A stretch of 64,000 nucleotides of DNA. It comes from Octopus vulgaris. Its lineage: Eukaryota. Under the pieces are notes generated by a model, which was not told the origin of the DNA, did not search any database, and saw nothing but the letters and a program-made list of their open reading frames with translations. The DNA lies in the NCBI GenBank assembly GCA_951406725.2, contig OX597829.1, forward strand, positions 46,190,001 through 46,254,000. The letters run 5' to 3'. Both the position numbers and the translations under genes were made by a program. Numbering within the stretch: the first letter of the stretch is position 1; the number at the start of each line of letters is the position of its first letter. Of the stretch, positions 40,170-52,927 are shown one piece after another.

Positions 40170-41140
40170 GTGGCAGCAAGAAATGCATGTTGGATGTTGT
40201 TCTGTGAATCTGGTGAGAACAGACAGATCTTCGAAACGAATGCTATTTCCGTATGTTCGACGAGTCTACTTTTAAAAAAGTCACAAGATAGGAAGAAATG
40301 GCCTAAACAAATATACCGTCGTCAGCTGCACCCAAGACGAATATCTGCCAAGTTCTGTTATCAACGAACAGAGCACATATAAAGCTGTTCGCTACAAACA
40401 GATTTCCTACATCAGTAGACACAGAAAATGAGTACAAACAAGCAAAAGCTGCATGGTAAAGTTTGGTGCTTAGAACCTGTTACGTTTATACCCAGTAGGT
40501 TTAATTCTTTCAATCTGGAAACCTGCAGCTCCGCACCAGATTTGGCGAGAAAATTTAAATCGTTTTAGGTGGTAATTAAACTGATTTCGGACCTGGGATA
40601 TTCGTGTGAGCATGCTGCATCCTCTTCTTCCCAATCTTCCTCATAACCAGACATATTGATGTCAGCTTCATCTGTTGAAACAAAAACAGAAGTTGGCAGA
40701 TATTCGTCTTGTGTAAGCGGTGCAGTTGACGAGAGTATATTTGTTTAGTCCGTTTCTTCCTATCTTGAGGTACAAAATTTGAAGTTGATATCTCGGTTGG
40801 GCTACAGGTGATGTAGATTCTTGCACTCAAAGCTCTGGATATGAAAATGAAAATGATAAAGAAGAACGCTTTGAATGTATTCAAGAATGTTGTCAGTGGG
40901 TTTCTGGACAACAACGAAGCGGCCGAAGTTGCGGAGTTTTTATTACAGTGCTGCTTCATAGTTACAGATATATGAGATGCAAAATATCACTGAAACTGCA
41001 GTATTTGCATCGAATCTTAGTGCTATACCAGAAAAGAATGCTAGATAATTCCATAAAGATATAGAGTTTGAAGAAAAGTAGTACCATGGTAGTTGGAATG
41101 AAGCAATGATGGATGATTACGTTTTGAATATGGTTCGAGA
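40170..41140 (+). pseudogene. Decayed DNA transposase of the 'MSLKIHFL...ERFHQDI...RYQG.W...MM.DYCW' family (Chapaev3-like)
   Basis: Relics FKNVVSGFLDN, YRYMRCKISLKLQYLH and NLSAIPEKNAR*FHKDIEFEEK*YHGSWNEAMMDDYVLNMVRE. The superfamily name is from memory. Confidence 0.7.
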
Positions 41141-41512
41141 ATATAGTAGAGGGCAGAAGAAACGAGAGAGGTCCAATGTCCGCATCTGAGCATATTTCTG
41201 TTTTTGTCCTATTGATCTCCCACAGCTGTTAAAGTTGTGCTGCATTAATAATATGTGTTCGTTATAATTATAATTAAACAATGTAGTTGAAATTACAATA
41301 AACCGTGTTATAATAAGTATTTTCAGATGCACAGAAATCGCATCAGTAACCAGGTTGTAGTTGGTGCAACGAAAATTTTGATATCAGATAATATATGTTT
41401 AAGTGAATTTAACAGTCTTTGAGTGTTTTTTGACTTGTTAATGTGTATACTCCATGCTGTAATTGCTTCAGTTTTAACTCACTGTCTACGATCAAATCTC
41501 TTCTCTGGTTAG

Positions 41513-41752
41513 TACTCTCTCTTACTCTTTTACTCTTTTACTTGTTTCAGTCATTTGACTGCGGCCATGCTGGAGCACCACCTTTAGTCGAGCAAATCGT
41601 CCCCAGGACTTATTCTTTTTGTAAGCCCAGTACTTATTCTATCGGTCTCTTTTGCCGAACCGCTAGGTGACGGGGACGTAAACACACCAGCATCGGTTGT
41701 CAAGCAATGCTAGGGGGACAAACACAGACACACAAACATATACACACACACT

Positions 41753-41793
<41 letters not shown>

Positions 41794-41953
41794 GAGGCTT
41801 CTTTCAGTTTCCGTCTACCAAATCCACTCACAAGGCATTGGTCGGCCCGGGGCTATAGCAGAAGACACTTGCCCAAGATGCCACGCAGTGGGACTGAACC
41901 CGGAACCATGTGGTTGGTTAGCAAGCTACTTACCACACAGCCACTCCTGCGCC
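41513..41953 (-). mobile_element. SINE type A
   Basis: Full, young copy. Confidence 0.93.
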
Positions 41954-42289
41954 TAAAAAGTACACTTCTAAAATAATAATTGATTTCATAATTGTTATAT
42001 TATACATCTTTTATTATATCATATAACGCCGTTAAATTATAACATATTACAATGGATATTCTGTTTTCTTTATTGTTTCATTATATAAAACGACTTTTTC
42101 AATATGTTATAAAATGTCATTAAATTATCATATATTAAAATGAACATTCTCTTTTTTAATGTTTTATAAACCCATTAAATTATAATATATTGTATTACAG
42201 TATTGTATTCTCTTTACTATGATGTAAATTTTTGTCGATATACAAAAATTTAATGTGGTTTTCGTATTCAGAAGAAAACACAAAGTGGT

Positions 42290-42512
42290 AGCGGCTTTTT
42301 CTGTTTCCTGCAGTTCTAGCGATAACAACCATTGCTTTGACAATCGACCTCCCATATCTCACATGTCTTCGACAAGTACTTCACACAGTCCTTAAATCGT
42401 AGTCTTGGTTTCTGCTAGGGGTGCTTTCTACAAACAAGTTTACCACACAGCATCTGCTTTGGGATCCTCTGATCATTCGAACAAGGTGTCCAAACAAACG
42501 TAAATGGTGATT
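42290..42512 (-). pseudogene. RTE-clade LINE RT C-terminal fragment
   Basis: HLRLFGHLVRM / DQRIPKQMLCGKL / KPRLRFKD across frameshifts. Confidence 0.72.
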
Positions 42513-42518
42513 GTGAAA

Positions 42519-43075
42519 ACATACATACATACATACATACATACATACATACATACATACATACGAGACATGCATACATACATACATACATACATACATA
42601 CATGCATGCATACATACATACATGCATGCATACATACATACATACATACATACATACATACATGCTCACTGCAAACATATATACATACATACACACATAC
42701 ATAGATGCATGTATTCATTCATACAAATATATACATGCATGCATTCATGCATACCAACATATACATACATACATTCATAAATACATACATACATATACGC
42801 ATGCATGCATTATACATACATATATAATGAATACATACACAAATACATAAATATATATGCATGCATATATATGTGTGTATACATACGCGTATACATATAT
42901 ACATACACACATACATACATACGTACAAACACACATATACATACATGCATAAACATATATAAACACACACATATATATATACATGCATAGACTCATATAA
43001 ATACACATATATACGCACATATATACATACATGCATACATATAAAATACACACATGCGCTCACACACACACACAC
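42519..43075. repeat. Degenerate (TACA)n/(CA)n tract
   Basis: Direct reading. Confidence 0.9.
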
Positions 43076-43499
43076 ACGAAATTCTTATCGCAATGCATCA
43101 GGTAATCCTAGGGTGTGCTAACGGTTACATGACCAGAGTGCGTGGCTCAAGGATTTAACGCCAAAGTAAATGATTTGTGGGGAAATAGAACCATTCTAGG
43201 CGTAACTTGCAACACAGATATAAGTATGGCTCTAAAAAAAAAATATTGTAATGTGTATATGAATTACAAACGATTGTACTAATCGATAATAATCTGGAAA
43301 GGGGTCTTATCAAGGGGTTTTCTGAAGCCTCTTGTGTCGATAACCTCAATAATGATTAAGAAACCACGTACTGAAAGCACACATTCGTAAAACCTCAATA
43401 GATTTGGATTTGTATCAGTGACTTGCCATATTACAGATTTATAAATTAGATAAATGGCGTATCAATATTCTATCGATGTCTGTTTCTAGGCTGCATCAT

Positions 43500-43503
<4 letters not shown>

Positions 43504-43576
<73 letters not shown>

Positions 43577-43596
43577 GAGAGGAAGAAAGAAAGAGA

Positions 43597-43654
<58 letters not shown>

Positions 43655-43655
43655 G
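43504..43655. repeat. (GA)n + (GAAA)n polypurine tract
   Basis: Direct reading. Confidence 0.95.
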
Positions 43656-44169
43656 AGGAATGTAGCAAAAAAAAATAAAACATGACAATGAAATACGTTT
43701 TTATTTCACTAAATCAGCTCAAAGATATACGAGCGAAAACGCACTGTCAGATTAACACGTACCGAATATTAACTCTAATTAATGCGAAGCTTGATGTAGA
43801 TGAACATTAATTAATGCAAAACAAATGGAAATATTCTGACGTGAAAAATACGAGTAAACATTAATTAATGCAAAAAACTTGATAAGAAAAATGCCTGTAC
43901 ATTTTTAATCTGCAGCACAGTGTCTCTACAAAAGAGAAATCAATTTTCGGAGATCATTTCGTGAATCTTAATAGGTAATTAGATAATCGATACTATGTTT
44001 AATTGATCATTAAACAGAAACTATTGAGATCACTGACGTTACTATAGTTTTTTTTTTTTTTTTTTTTACCCTCTGAAGAAGGTGAAGAAAGTACAATTAA
44101 CTGAATGGATGGATACACTCCGATTGCGTTTATGGAATTTTGGTTTCTGTTTTCTCCCGACTTCGACTT

Positions 44170-44409
44170 TATTTCTCTTTTACTCTTTTACTCTTTTACT
44201 TGTTTCAGTCATTTGACTGCGGCCATGCTGGAGCACCACCTTTTTTAGTCGAGCAAATCGACCCCCGCAAGACTTATTCTTTTTGTAAGCCCAGTATTTA
44301 TTATATCGGTCTCTTTTGCCGAACTGCTAAGTGACGGGGACGTAAACACACCAGCATCGGTTGTCAAGCAATGCTAGGGGGACAAACACAGACACACAAA
44401 CACACACAC

Positions 44410-44456
<47 letters not shown>

Positions 44457-44627
44457 CATATATACGACGGACTTCTTTCAGTTTCCATCTACCAAATCCA
44501 CTCACAAGGCATTGGTCGGCCCGGGGCTATAGCAGAAGACACTTGCCCAAGATGCCACGCAGTGGGACTGAACCCGGAACCATGTGGTTGGTTAGCAAGC
44601 TACTTACCACACAGCCACTCCTGCGCC
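44170..44627 (-). mobile_element. SINE type A
   Basis: Full, young copy. Confidence 0.93.
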
Positions 44628-44935
44628 TATAATCATTATTGTTATAGCTTGTCTAGGAGGTTGCCTCTAGTTTGTCTTTGTCCCTGCTAGAAATAACTAT
44701 CAGGAAGCCTCCCTCAAATCACAACCTGGATGGCTTTAGAAAGTAAAATTAGGGAAGGACGCATTGGATAGCGTAGTCGTAGAGAAACAACTTAGTTTGC
44801 AAAAATAAAATGTGTTGTCATGATTGGAACGCCTTTCCACTGTCTGTCACGGAAAGGCTTGAGCTTACTTGTAAAAAAAATCCTTCTACGCATCCTCATT
44901 TAGAAAAAAGTAATGGTAAATACAAGTCTACAAAC

Positions 44936-45258
44936 TGGCACTCCGTCGGTTACGACGAAGAGTGTTCCAGCTGAACCGATCAAAGGAAAAGCCTGCTCGT
45001 GAAATGAACGTGGAAGTGTCTGACCACTCCACAGACACGCATACCCTCGACGCAGGGCTCAAGGAGATTCAGTGCGACACAGAATGTTACAAGGCTGGCC
45101 CTTTAAATTTCAGGCACTGCTAATTTTAGCCAGTTAAGTGGCCAGGAGCAATGTGAAATAAAGTGTCTTGTTCAAGGACACAACGCGCCACCGTGGTATC
45201 GAACCCACGACCTTACGATCGTGAACCAAATACCCTAACCACTAATCCACGCGCCTTC
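44936..45258 (-). mobile_element. Chimeric SINE: type C head/core with the tail of type R
   Basis: Head GAAGGCGCGTGGATTAGTGG; tail ...GTAACCGACGGAGTGCCA as in the 57081 copy. Confidence 0.8.
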
Positions 45259-45746
45259 ACACACACACAACACTACAAGATAAATGAATACTATTCAAGA
45301 TATAAAATTTACACTAAATCATCATGATTCTTCTCTTCCTCCTTGTCCTTCTCTTTATCATCATTATCATCTTCGATTTCATCATCATAATTTTGTAAAT
45401 CAATAAAAGCGATCGATAAAAAGCATGAGGAACTTATCAATTTAAAACACCAAGAAGACAATGTCCACTTCTAATGTTTGATTCATAACAAAAATGTTTC
45501 AGAAACTGTGATGTAAGAAGATCGTATGTGATAAAGTCAATCGATCTATAGTGAGGGGCAAGGTAAGATTTTCCACCTTCATTCCATGCATCTGAATCGC
45601 ATTCCTTTGTCGCCTTACCTTTCTCTTTTTCACTCCATTTTTAAAATTTCTCCTTCAGTTTCCCCTCTTCATTTCCCCTCACTCTTTCTCTGCTACATAC
45701 TTCACATATCTTAAGCTTCATTATTTCATGGCTGTCTACAGTATAA

Positions 45747-46013
45747 CGGGCATATGGCGTAGTGGTTAAGAGCGCGGTCTACTAACACCCAAGATTCCGA
45801 GTTCGATTCCAGGCAGTGACCTGAATAATAATAATAATAATAATAATGATAATAATAATAATAATACCGAAAAATACCTTAGGAATGAGAATCCAAATTC
45901 GAAATTTCCCCAAGATACCTGCTGCAGGTTGGAGGGTATACCAGCCGAAACCTTCTGTTAACAACAGATAAGATGAGGAAAAATATCCGTCAAATGTAAA
46001 TAATGTAAATAAT
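45747..46013 (+). mobile_element. tRNA-head / (AAT)n / hammerhead-tail element, copy 2
   Basis: A box TGGCGTAGTGG, B box GAGTTCGATTCC, (AAT)n, tail colinear with 20850-20996. Hammerhead core is decayed (CTGCTGCA...GCCGAAAC). Confidence 0.8.
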
Positions 46014-46951
46014 CTTCACTACATCTCATAATAGATTAATTTTTTAGCTTAATCTTACTTACCTGATTTCATTTATTCCATCGTGTTTCCAATTCTCAAG
46101 GTCCGTAGATTTTTTTTGTTTTTCTTTTCCGTCATTTATTTATTTATTTTTTGCTGCATCTCTCAAATTCAAAATTTGCCTTATAATCCTCTAACATCTA
46201 TAATTCCGGTATGTACCAGCCAGTTTTACAATGTGACATTTCCCAGAAAAGATTGTTTAGCTGCTGAAACTATTGTTAACTAGAGTAAATATATATATAT
46301 CCCTTTCTCTCCCTCATTCTTACTACTTGACTCTCGCTGCTCACACGTGACTAGCGGCCATCTTTCTTTTCCTAAATCGAATTTCTTTCTTCTCGTTCAG
46401 CTAGATGGATAGCACGCATTTTTGTCTGTCTCATGTCATAGCTGCTTTCTCCAGCATCCACAACTTCTCCTCATTATGGCTTAACTGCCCTTACCGTTTG
46501 TTTTCACTGTCCTGTTTTTGTTACCACCTTTGACTCTCCGCAAATCCCAAATTTTATTGAATTTGCTTTGCGGGAGCAACAGTTTTGACGAAAACGCATC
46601 TCGTCCTAATGTTCGAAATGTGGAGTAGCTAAAACAGTAGACAGCTGATGGAGGGATTTTTTATGTTGCCTGTCTTGTTTTTCTATTTGTTTCTTTCGTT
46701 GTTCGCAAAAAAATTTGTTTTCCATATTTTCGTATTTCATGTTCTCGTTTTTCATGTTGTTTATGGTTATTGACATTCTGTACCCATATATGCATGTGTT
46801 TATACATATATATGACGTATGTACATGGATGTATGTATACTTGCATATATATATTATTTATATTATATATATATATATATACATATATATGTATATTATT
46901 TACATTATATATATATATACATATATATGGAAGTATGTACATCTATGTATG

Positions 46952-46991
<40 letters not shown>

Positions 46992-47151
46992 ATATATATG
47001 TATGTATATATACATATCCTTATCTATTTAACCACACTTTATTATTATCTCCCTTTCATTCAATCTCTTTTCTTCCTATCATACGCCGTGTTGGAGCATT
47101 GAACTCAACACGGTTCCTTTTCATTCTCTCTCTATTTGTTTCCTCTTATTT

Positions 47152-47187
47152 CTTTCTGTCGAAGAGCGTAGGCTCGAAACATAAAAA
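47152..47187 (+). ncRNA. Minimal hammerhead-like motif (core variant CUGUCGA)
   Basis: CTTT-CTGTCGA-A-GAGC gtag GCTC-GAAAC-ATA-AAAA; same family as 11895-11930. Confidence 0.5.
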
Positions 47188-47437
47188 AAGTTTTCCATTT
47201 TTCCCGAGCGTCAAACTAATGCGCTTGCTTTAGGCCATCGAACACTCTCCTATCTACTTTGTTCACCGTTTATTGGTCAACTCTCAGTTACAGTAAAAAG
47301 CATTTCAGCCAGTCATTCTATTAATTACTGCTTTCAGTTTTCCCGTTTCATCATTCATTTTTTTTTTTATTCTATCTGTTTGTTTTGTTTATTTTTTCGT
47401 TCGTTTTAAAGCATTTTATGGATCAGCAGAGACTCAC

Positions 47438-47508
47438 TTGATGTTTAGCCAACTGTCCTGCAAAGTCGAGGAGCAAACACATCTCTGTCGGCAAGTATTT
47501 AACCTCTT
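47438..47508 (-). CDS. Candidate internal coding exon, 71 nt (EVKYLPTEMCLLLDFAGQLAKHQ)
   Basis: Branch-like CTGAC, acceptor TTTGTATTGCAG, donor GTGAGT; phase 1 to 0, compatible with the exon at 31999-32079. Confidence 0.5.
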
Positions 47509-47785
47509 CTGCAATACAAATGTCAGTCACCACTACAATATTTTGAATAAACGTAATGTCCTTAGATAAATGATATTTAGGGAATTCTTCCGCTTTTAAC
47601 TATTTTTCAAAGAACGCTAGTTTTTTCTTCTTTTTTTTTTTTTTTTACCACAAAATGTCGCATTATCTTTTCGTTTTCTGATATTAATGCATACAATTTC
47701 ATTCATGAGAATATGTAATAAACTAGAAAACTAGAATGGTTATATGTACCCCCACACGCTGCTACTTATACATACGTGTTTTATA

Positions 47786-47788
<3 letters not shown>

Positions 47789-47861
<73 letters not shown>

Positions 47862-47870
47862 TGTGTGTGC

Positions 47871-47960
<90 letters not shown>
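47789..47960. repeat. (TG)n microsatellite
   Basis: Direct reading. Confidence 0.97.
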
Positions 47961-47963
<3 letters not shown>

Positions 47964-49011
47964 TGTGAATTTCAACGTAGAATGTGAGATAGGAACATAG
48001 GAAATAGAGTGAAAAATTGGTAAGGTAGTAAAGCATGGACAATGAAAGGTTTTATATCGTATGCATATTTGAGCAATTCGCTTCGACGATACGTATAGCG
48101 TGTATATAAATGTGAGTGTGTGTGTGTCTGAGTGTGTATGTGTGTGTGTGTGTGTGTGTGTATGTGTGTGTATGTGTGTGTGTGTGTGTGTGTGTGTATG
48201 CAGTTGTATAACGATGGTCTTTCCGCTCATTTTATCGATATTGTTATATGCATATAGCACAGAGACACACAGACACACAGACACACAGACAAACAGATAC
48301 ACTCACATATTTGTATACAAGCATACATACACGCATATTCATGTATGCGTTAATTTGTAGCGATCATTTGCAATGTAATAAATTAAAATGCATTGAATGA
48401 AATGAATTTGAAATGGGATTAATAAATATTCATGCATTTATTGTTTTCATTTATCACCGAAGGGACGAGATACTGAAATTGCGCTCTATCTCCACAATCG
48501 GGTTCCCATATACGCTGTCTTATTCTATACATAGATCTAAACTTGTGATCTTTTAATATTTCATTTATTACATACAAGGTGAGTAAAAATGATTAAAAAT
48601 TAGCAATCTTTTGGCGTCTCCTGGTATTATGGAATCAGTTTTCATTGAATCCATTCCTCATAAATTACCTGAATACAGCCTTTAAGAGATGTATAGATAT
48701 ACAAACTTTACGTAATCCCTGCATATCGTCTTAAATGCATATGAATGTCTGTACGAAGTTTATTTCACTTCACTTAAGCGTGAAAATATCTTTATTTCCC
48801 GAAGTAAACGCACAATGCATAATTCTATTCACTTCTTTCTCTTCGTATAAATGCATACGGCCAAGCATAATCACATGGACGTCCAGCGTATAAACAGAAA
48901 CATTTGCAAGTAGGTATCTGAAAGTGAGCGTATACCTTCGTGTGTATATGAGAATTTATTATAACTGCGTATGTGTATACGTATGCTGTATGTATGTATA
49001 TATGTATATAC

Positions 49012-49209
49012 GTATTTCATTTTTGGATTTAGTTTGCAAGATTATTTATATGAGTTCGTGTGTTGATGCATATTTTGTTGTGTCTGGTGAGAGTCATTTT
49101 CTTTTTGCCACTTATAATTTAACACACTCACCGGTAAAATTTACCGGTGAATGTATTAAATTATAAGGCACAAAAAGAAAATGACTCTCCCCAGACACAA
49201 CAGAATATG
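49012..49209. mobile_element. Foldback element: near loop-less hairpin centred near 49139, right arm truncated
   Basis: 49070-49139 pairs with 49140-49209; one full arm recurs at about 1447-1575. Confidence 0.75.
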
Positions 49210-49215
49210 TATATA

Positions 49216-50556
49216 CCTGGTCTGATCAATAAGTATTCGGGTTGTTATTATAGTAACGAAGGTAAAGCACGCAGAGGGAAGCCTCTGGGCAAAGATTGAA
49301 CTTGGACTCTACTGTGCATGCGCACCAAGTTTTAACGTTCTACCTCACTTCTGTTGTTCACAGCAGTGTTAGGAAAGAATGTCTGTGGCATGTGATCGTG
49401 GTATTGATCATGACAGAGAAAGTTGAGCAGAGAATCTGCATCAAATTTTGCCAAAAGCTTCTCAGCACCTGTTCAGAGGCCTACGCAAGGTTTTGAAAAA
49501 AGTTTTCATCGTTCTCGACACAATCAAGGAGATCTTGTGCAACTGAAACCCGAGTGTCTTTTTTGGTCAGCTGAAAGCAATTTTGACACAAACTTAGTAG
49601 ACACGCGACTCCTACCCAAATCTTCAGTGATAATGAACTGAACTGAACCGTAACTAATCTGCACATCCTCTGATAACTCACCAATGGTGATTCAACGATT
49701 TCCCCTCACAGCTGCATGCACGTCTGCAATGTTTTTCTCAGTTCTGCTGTTTGCGGGGCTCCTACAACGTTTGTTACAATCGACTTTTTATCGGCCATCT
49801 TGGAAACGTCTGAACAACTCGTACACTTGTGTGCGGCTCATGCACTCTTCTCCATACAATTTCTGCAACTTTGCGTAAACCTCTGAGCAGGTTTCGCGAT
49901 GACAACTTTCTTATTTCTTTATTGCCCACATGGGCCTAAACATAGAGGGGACAAACAAGGACAGACAAACGGATTAAGTCGATTACATCTGGTACTTAAT
50001 TTACCGACCCCGAAAGGATGAAAGCAAAGTCGACATTGGTGGAATTTGAACTCAAAACGTAACGGCAGACGAAATACTTATTTCTTTACTGCCCACAAGG
50101 GTCTAAACAGAGAGGGGACAAACAAGGACAGACAAACGGATTAAGTTGAATTACATCAACCCCAGTGCGTAACTGGTACTTAATTTATCGATCCCGAAAG
50201 GATGAAAGGCAAAGTCGACCTTGGCGGAATTCGAACTCAGAACGTAACGGCAGACGAAATACCGCTAGGCATTTCGCATACCGCTAGGCATACCGCTAGG
50301 CATTTCGCCCGGCGTGCTAACGTTTCTGCCAGCTCGCCGCCTCAATGACAACTTTCTGTCGTGGTCAATGCGACGATCACATGCTTCACACGTCCCTTCC
50401 GAGCACTGCTGTAAACAGCGGAAGTGAGTTAGAACCTTAAAACTCAATGCGCATGCACAGAAGTGTCCAAAGTCAATCTGTCCAAAGCGGCTTTACTCTG
50501 CGTGTTGTAGCTTCGGTACTATGGCAACAGTGCAGATATTTATCGATCAGATTTCA
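49216..50556. mobile_element. Mariner-derived element made of two inverted 5' ends
   Basis: TA-flanked ends with ~200 bp of inverted similarity. Plus-strand MTEKVEQRICIKFCQKL; minus-strand LYGEECMSRTQVYELFRRFQDGR and TRVSVAQDLLDCVENDENF. Confidence 0.78.
49912..50341 (-). mobile_element. Dimeric SINE type M nested in the mariner
   Basis: TSD ATGACAACTTTCT at 49899 and 50345; TACCGCTAGGCA occurs three times in the head. Confidence 0.9.
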
Positions 50557-50774
50557 TATGTATGTTTTCTCTTTCTATTTTTAATTTAGAGTAAATTTTA
50601 GTTATGGAGGAATTTATCATGATTTAACCATCATTTTTGTTTCTTAAGAAAGTCTTGCAGATTATTATAGTCTCAAATATCGTGATATTTTGTAGCAACT
50701 TGCATTCTCTTCCCACGATCCCATCCCAAGTTCAGCCATATTTTGCTCCAGACGTGTGGCATAACGCATGTACG

Positions 50775-50778
<4 letters not shown>

Positions 50779-50808
<30 letters not shown>

Positions 50809-50863
50809 TGTATGTATGTATGTATGTATGTATGTATGTATGTATGTATGTATGTATGCGTGC

Positions 50864-50901
<38 letters not shown>

Positions 50902-50920
50902 GTGTGTATGTGTGTATGTG

Positions 50921-50952
<32 letters not shown>

Positions 50953-51029
50953 TGTATGTATGTATGTATGTATGTATGTATGTATGTATGTATGTATGCA
51001 TGCATGAATGCATGTATGTACGTACGTAC

Positions 51030-51060
<31 letters not shown>

Positions 51061-51082
51061 TGTATGTATGTATGTATGTATG
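50779..51082. repeat. (TATG)n microsatellite
   Basis: Direct reading. Confidence 0.96.
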
Positions 51083-51553
51083 TGTGAGTGTCTGTGTGTA
51101 TTTATAGGTAACAGCAAATAGTTGGTAAATTGGAATAATATAATTTGCTCCTTTCCTGAAGAAGTGTAATATCAAGTTTTAGGCAGAAAACTATCAAACA
51201 TATTTTAGCAAAAAAGCTGAATAAAGATATTGAGATGGCTAGAGATGATAATGGAGATAACAAAAGAAAAAAAAAACCTCTTTCACCAGTTAGCGCTACC
51301 TGATTATCTCACAAAATCTATTCTCGTTTTTCTCTTGCGATATACGCTCAGTTTCATATACCACATTTGTAACATAATCTCTGGTTTCTTTTATGGCCCT
51401 CTGTCAGTTTACTACAGTACCTGTACAATTTGTAAATTTGTAAACTTTGCATCAACAAATACTCAAATTGACCAACATCAGTTGCTAATTATTTAATACA
51501 AAACATGACATGACATTTCTTACGGCCGTTTCCGCCTCCAATGTCAGTCGGTG

Positions 51554-51868
51554 GTTACGAAAGAAATTCTGAAAATAATATTCGTCATGTTCATAGCACA
51601 TCTGATCTTGTACATGGAGCTTCATCAGAGTGAATACAAAAGCATAAAATAAAATAAAGGAAGGGAAGAGGGAAGAGGAAAGAACAGGGCCTCGAGAGGA
51701 GGCCAGAAAGCTCAATATATTAAAATCTGGCCTCATCCCGAGGTCCTGTTCCCTCTTCCCGTCGTTTATTTTATTTTACGCATTTGTATTCACTCTGATG
51801 AAGCTCCATGTACTAGATCGAATGTGCTATGAACATGAAGAATATTATTTTCGGAATTTCTTTCGTAA
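51554..51868. mobile_element. Palindromic element, arms about 150 bp, 19-nt loop (family P4); CTGATGAAG in each arm
   Basis: 51554-51706 pairs with 51726-51868. Confidence 0.75.
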
Positions 51869-52197
51869 GCACAGTACGTGTACAATTTCTATATTCGTCC
51901 GTATACAGAGCTGTCGTTTGGGCGACTGGGTTGATCGCTTCCGGATGTCACCGACTCGATGATCAGAATAAAACGTAATCACAATCCGACCACTACCGTG
52001 ACATTCCAGTTCGACGACTGTCTCTCTGCCAATTGAACCACGGTATATTAACGACTCGGCCTTGACTTAGAAATTAATGAAATATTCTCAATTTTACTCT
52101 TGACATATTTTCATTCACAGGTGTTAAAGAACACTTCATCTCCTGTTTCCCTGCTTCTTCAGTATTTCTGAACCATCAGCATACACGATTCTTCTTT

Positions 52198-52256
<59 letters not shown>

Positions 52257-52539
52257 CTTTGTGTGTGTGAGTCTCTGTGTGTCTGTCTGTCTCTCTCCCT
52301 TTCTCTCAGTAAACGCGTGTATATCTGCGTAGTTGTGTGTATGTTTTATTAATTATCGATTGTGAATATTATTATTAATTGTGAAATATATAGGTGCAGG
52401 CGTACCTGTGTGGTAAGACGCTTGCTTCCCACCCGCAAGTGTCTTTTACTATAGCTTTGGGCCGACCAACGACTTCTCAGTACATTCAGAAAGCGGAAAC
52501 TGAAAGAAGCCTGTCGTATATATATATAATTAATTTGGT

Positions 52540-52927
52540 AGAACATACTGCAGTATGTTCTACAAACCCACATGTGAACTGCAAAACCAAGAACACTTTA
52601 TACCAAATTAAGTGCCAAGAAGGAGTTTGCGCGACTAACCCAGAGTCATACATAGGTGAGACTTCTAGGAGTATCAATGGTAGCTTCAAAAAACACCTGG
52701 ACAACTACATTGAGAGGAAACCAAACTCCATCTTCTATCAGCATGCTGTAGACTGCCACAAGGGCTCCTTAGGGAGACTTAAGTTAAACATCTTATCCAC
52801 ACATCCCACTGATGCAATGCTGAGACAGGTTACGGAAGCTGTCTGTATACAAGAATACAAATCCACTCTCAACCGAAAATCCGAATGGGGTAACATCCAG
52901 ATTCCACTCGGGAGTACCATTCTATAG
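52540..52927 (+). pseudogene. Penelope-like GIY-YIG endonuclease C-terminal fragment (second clade), frame still open
   Basis: VCSTNPHVNCKTKNTLYQIKC...SYIGETSRS...H...SIFYQHAVDCH...AMLRQVTEAVCI...LNRKSEWG. Preceded by a decayed SINE type A head (52393-52520). Confidence 0.85.

Noticed and set aside
45503-45562. Plus-strand AG...GTAAGA exon-like segment
   Set aside because: Stop codons in all three frames.
45747-45825. Possible tRNA gene
   Set aside because: A and B boxes are present, but there is no convincing acceptor stem or oligo-T terminator, and it runs into a repeated tail, so it is treated as a SINE-type head. The same applies to the other SINE heads.
46063-46160. Strong minus-strand donor CAG|GTAAGT
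   Set aside because: Upstream (TAAA)n puts stops in all frames before any acceptor.
51900-52065. GC-richer unique segment open on the minus strand (KAESLIYRGSIGRETVVELECHGSGRIVITFYSDHRVG)
   Set aside because: No strong donor; the most natural junction to the 47508 exon creates TAA. Left unresolved.
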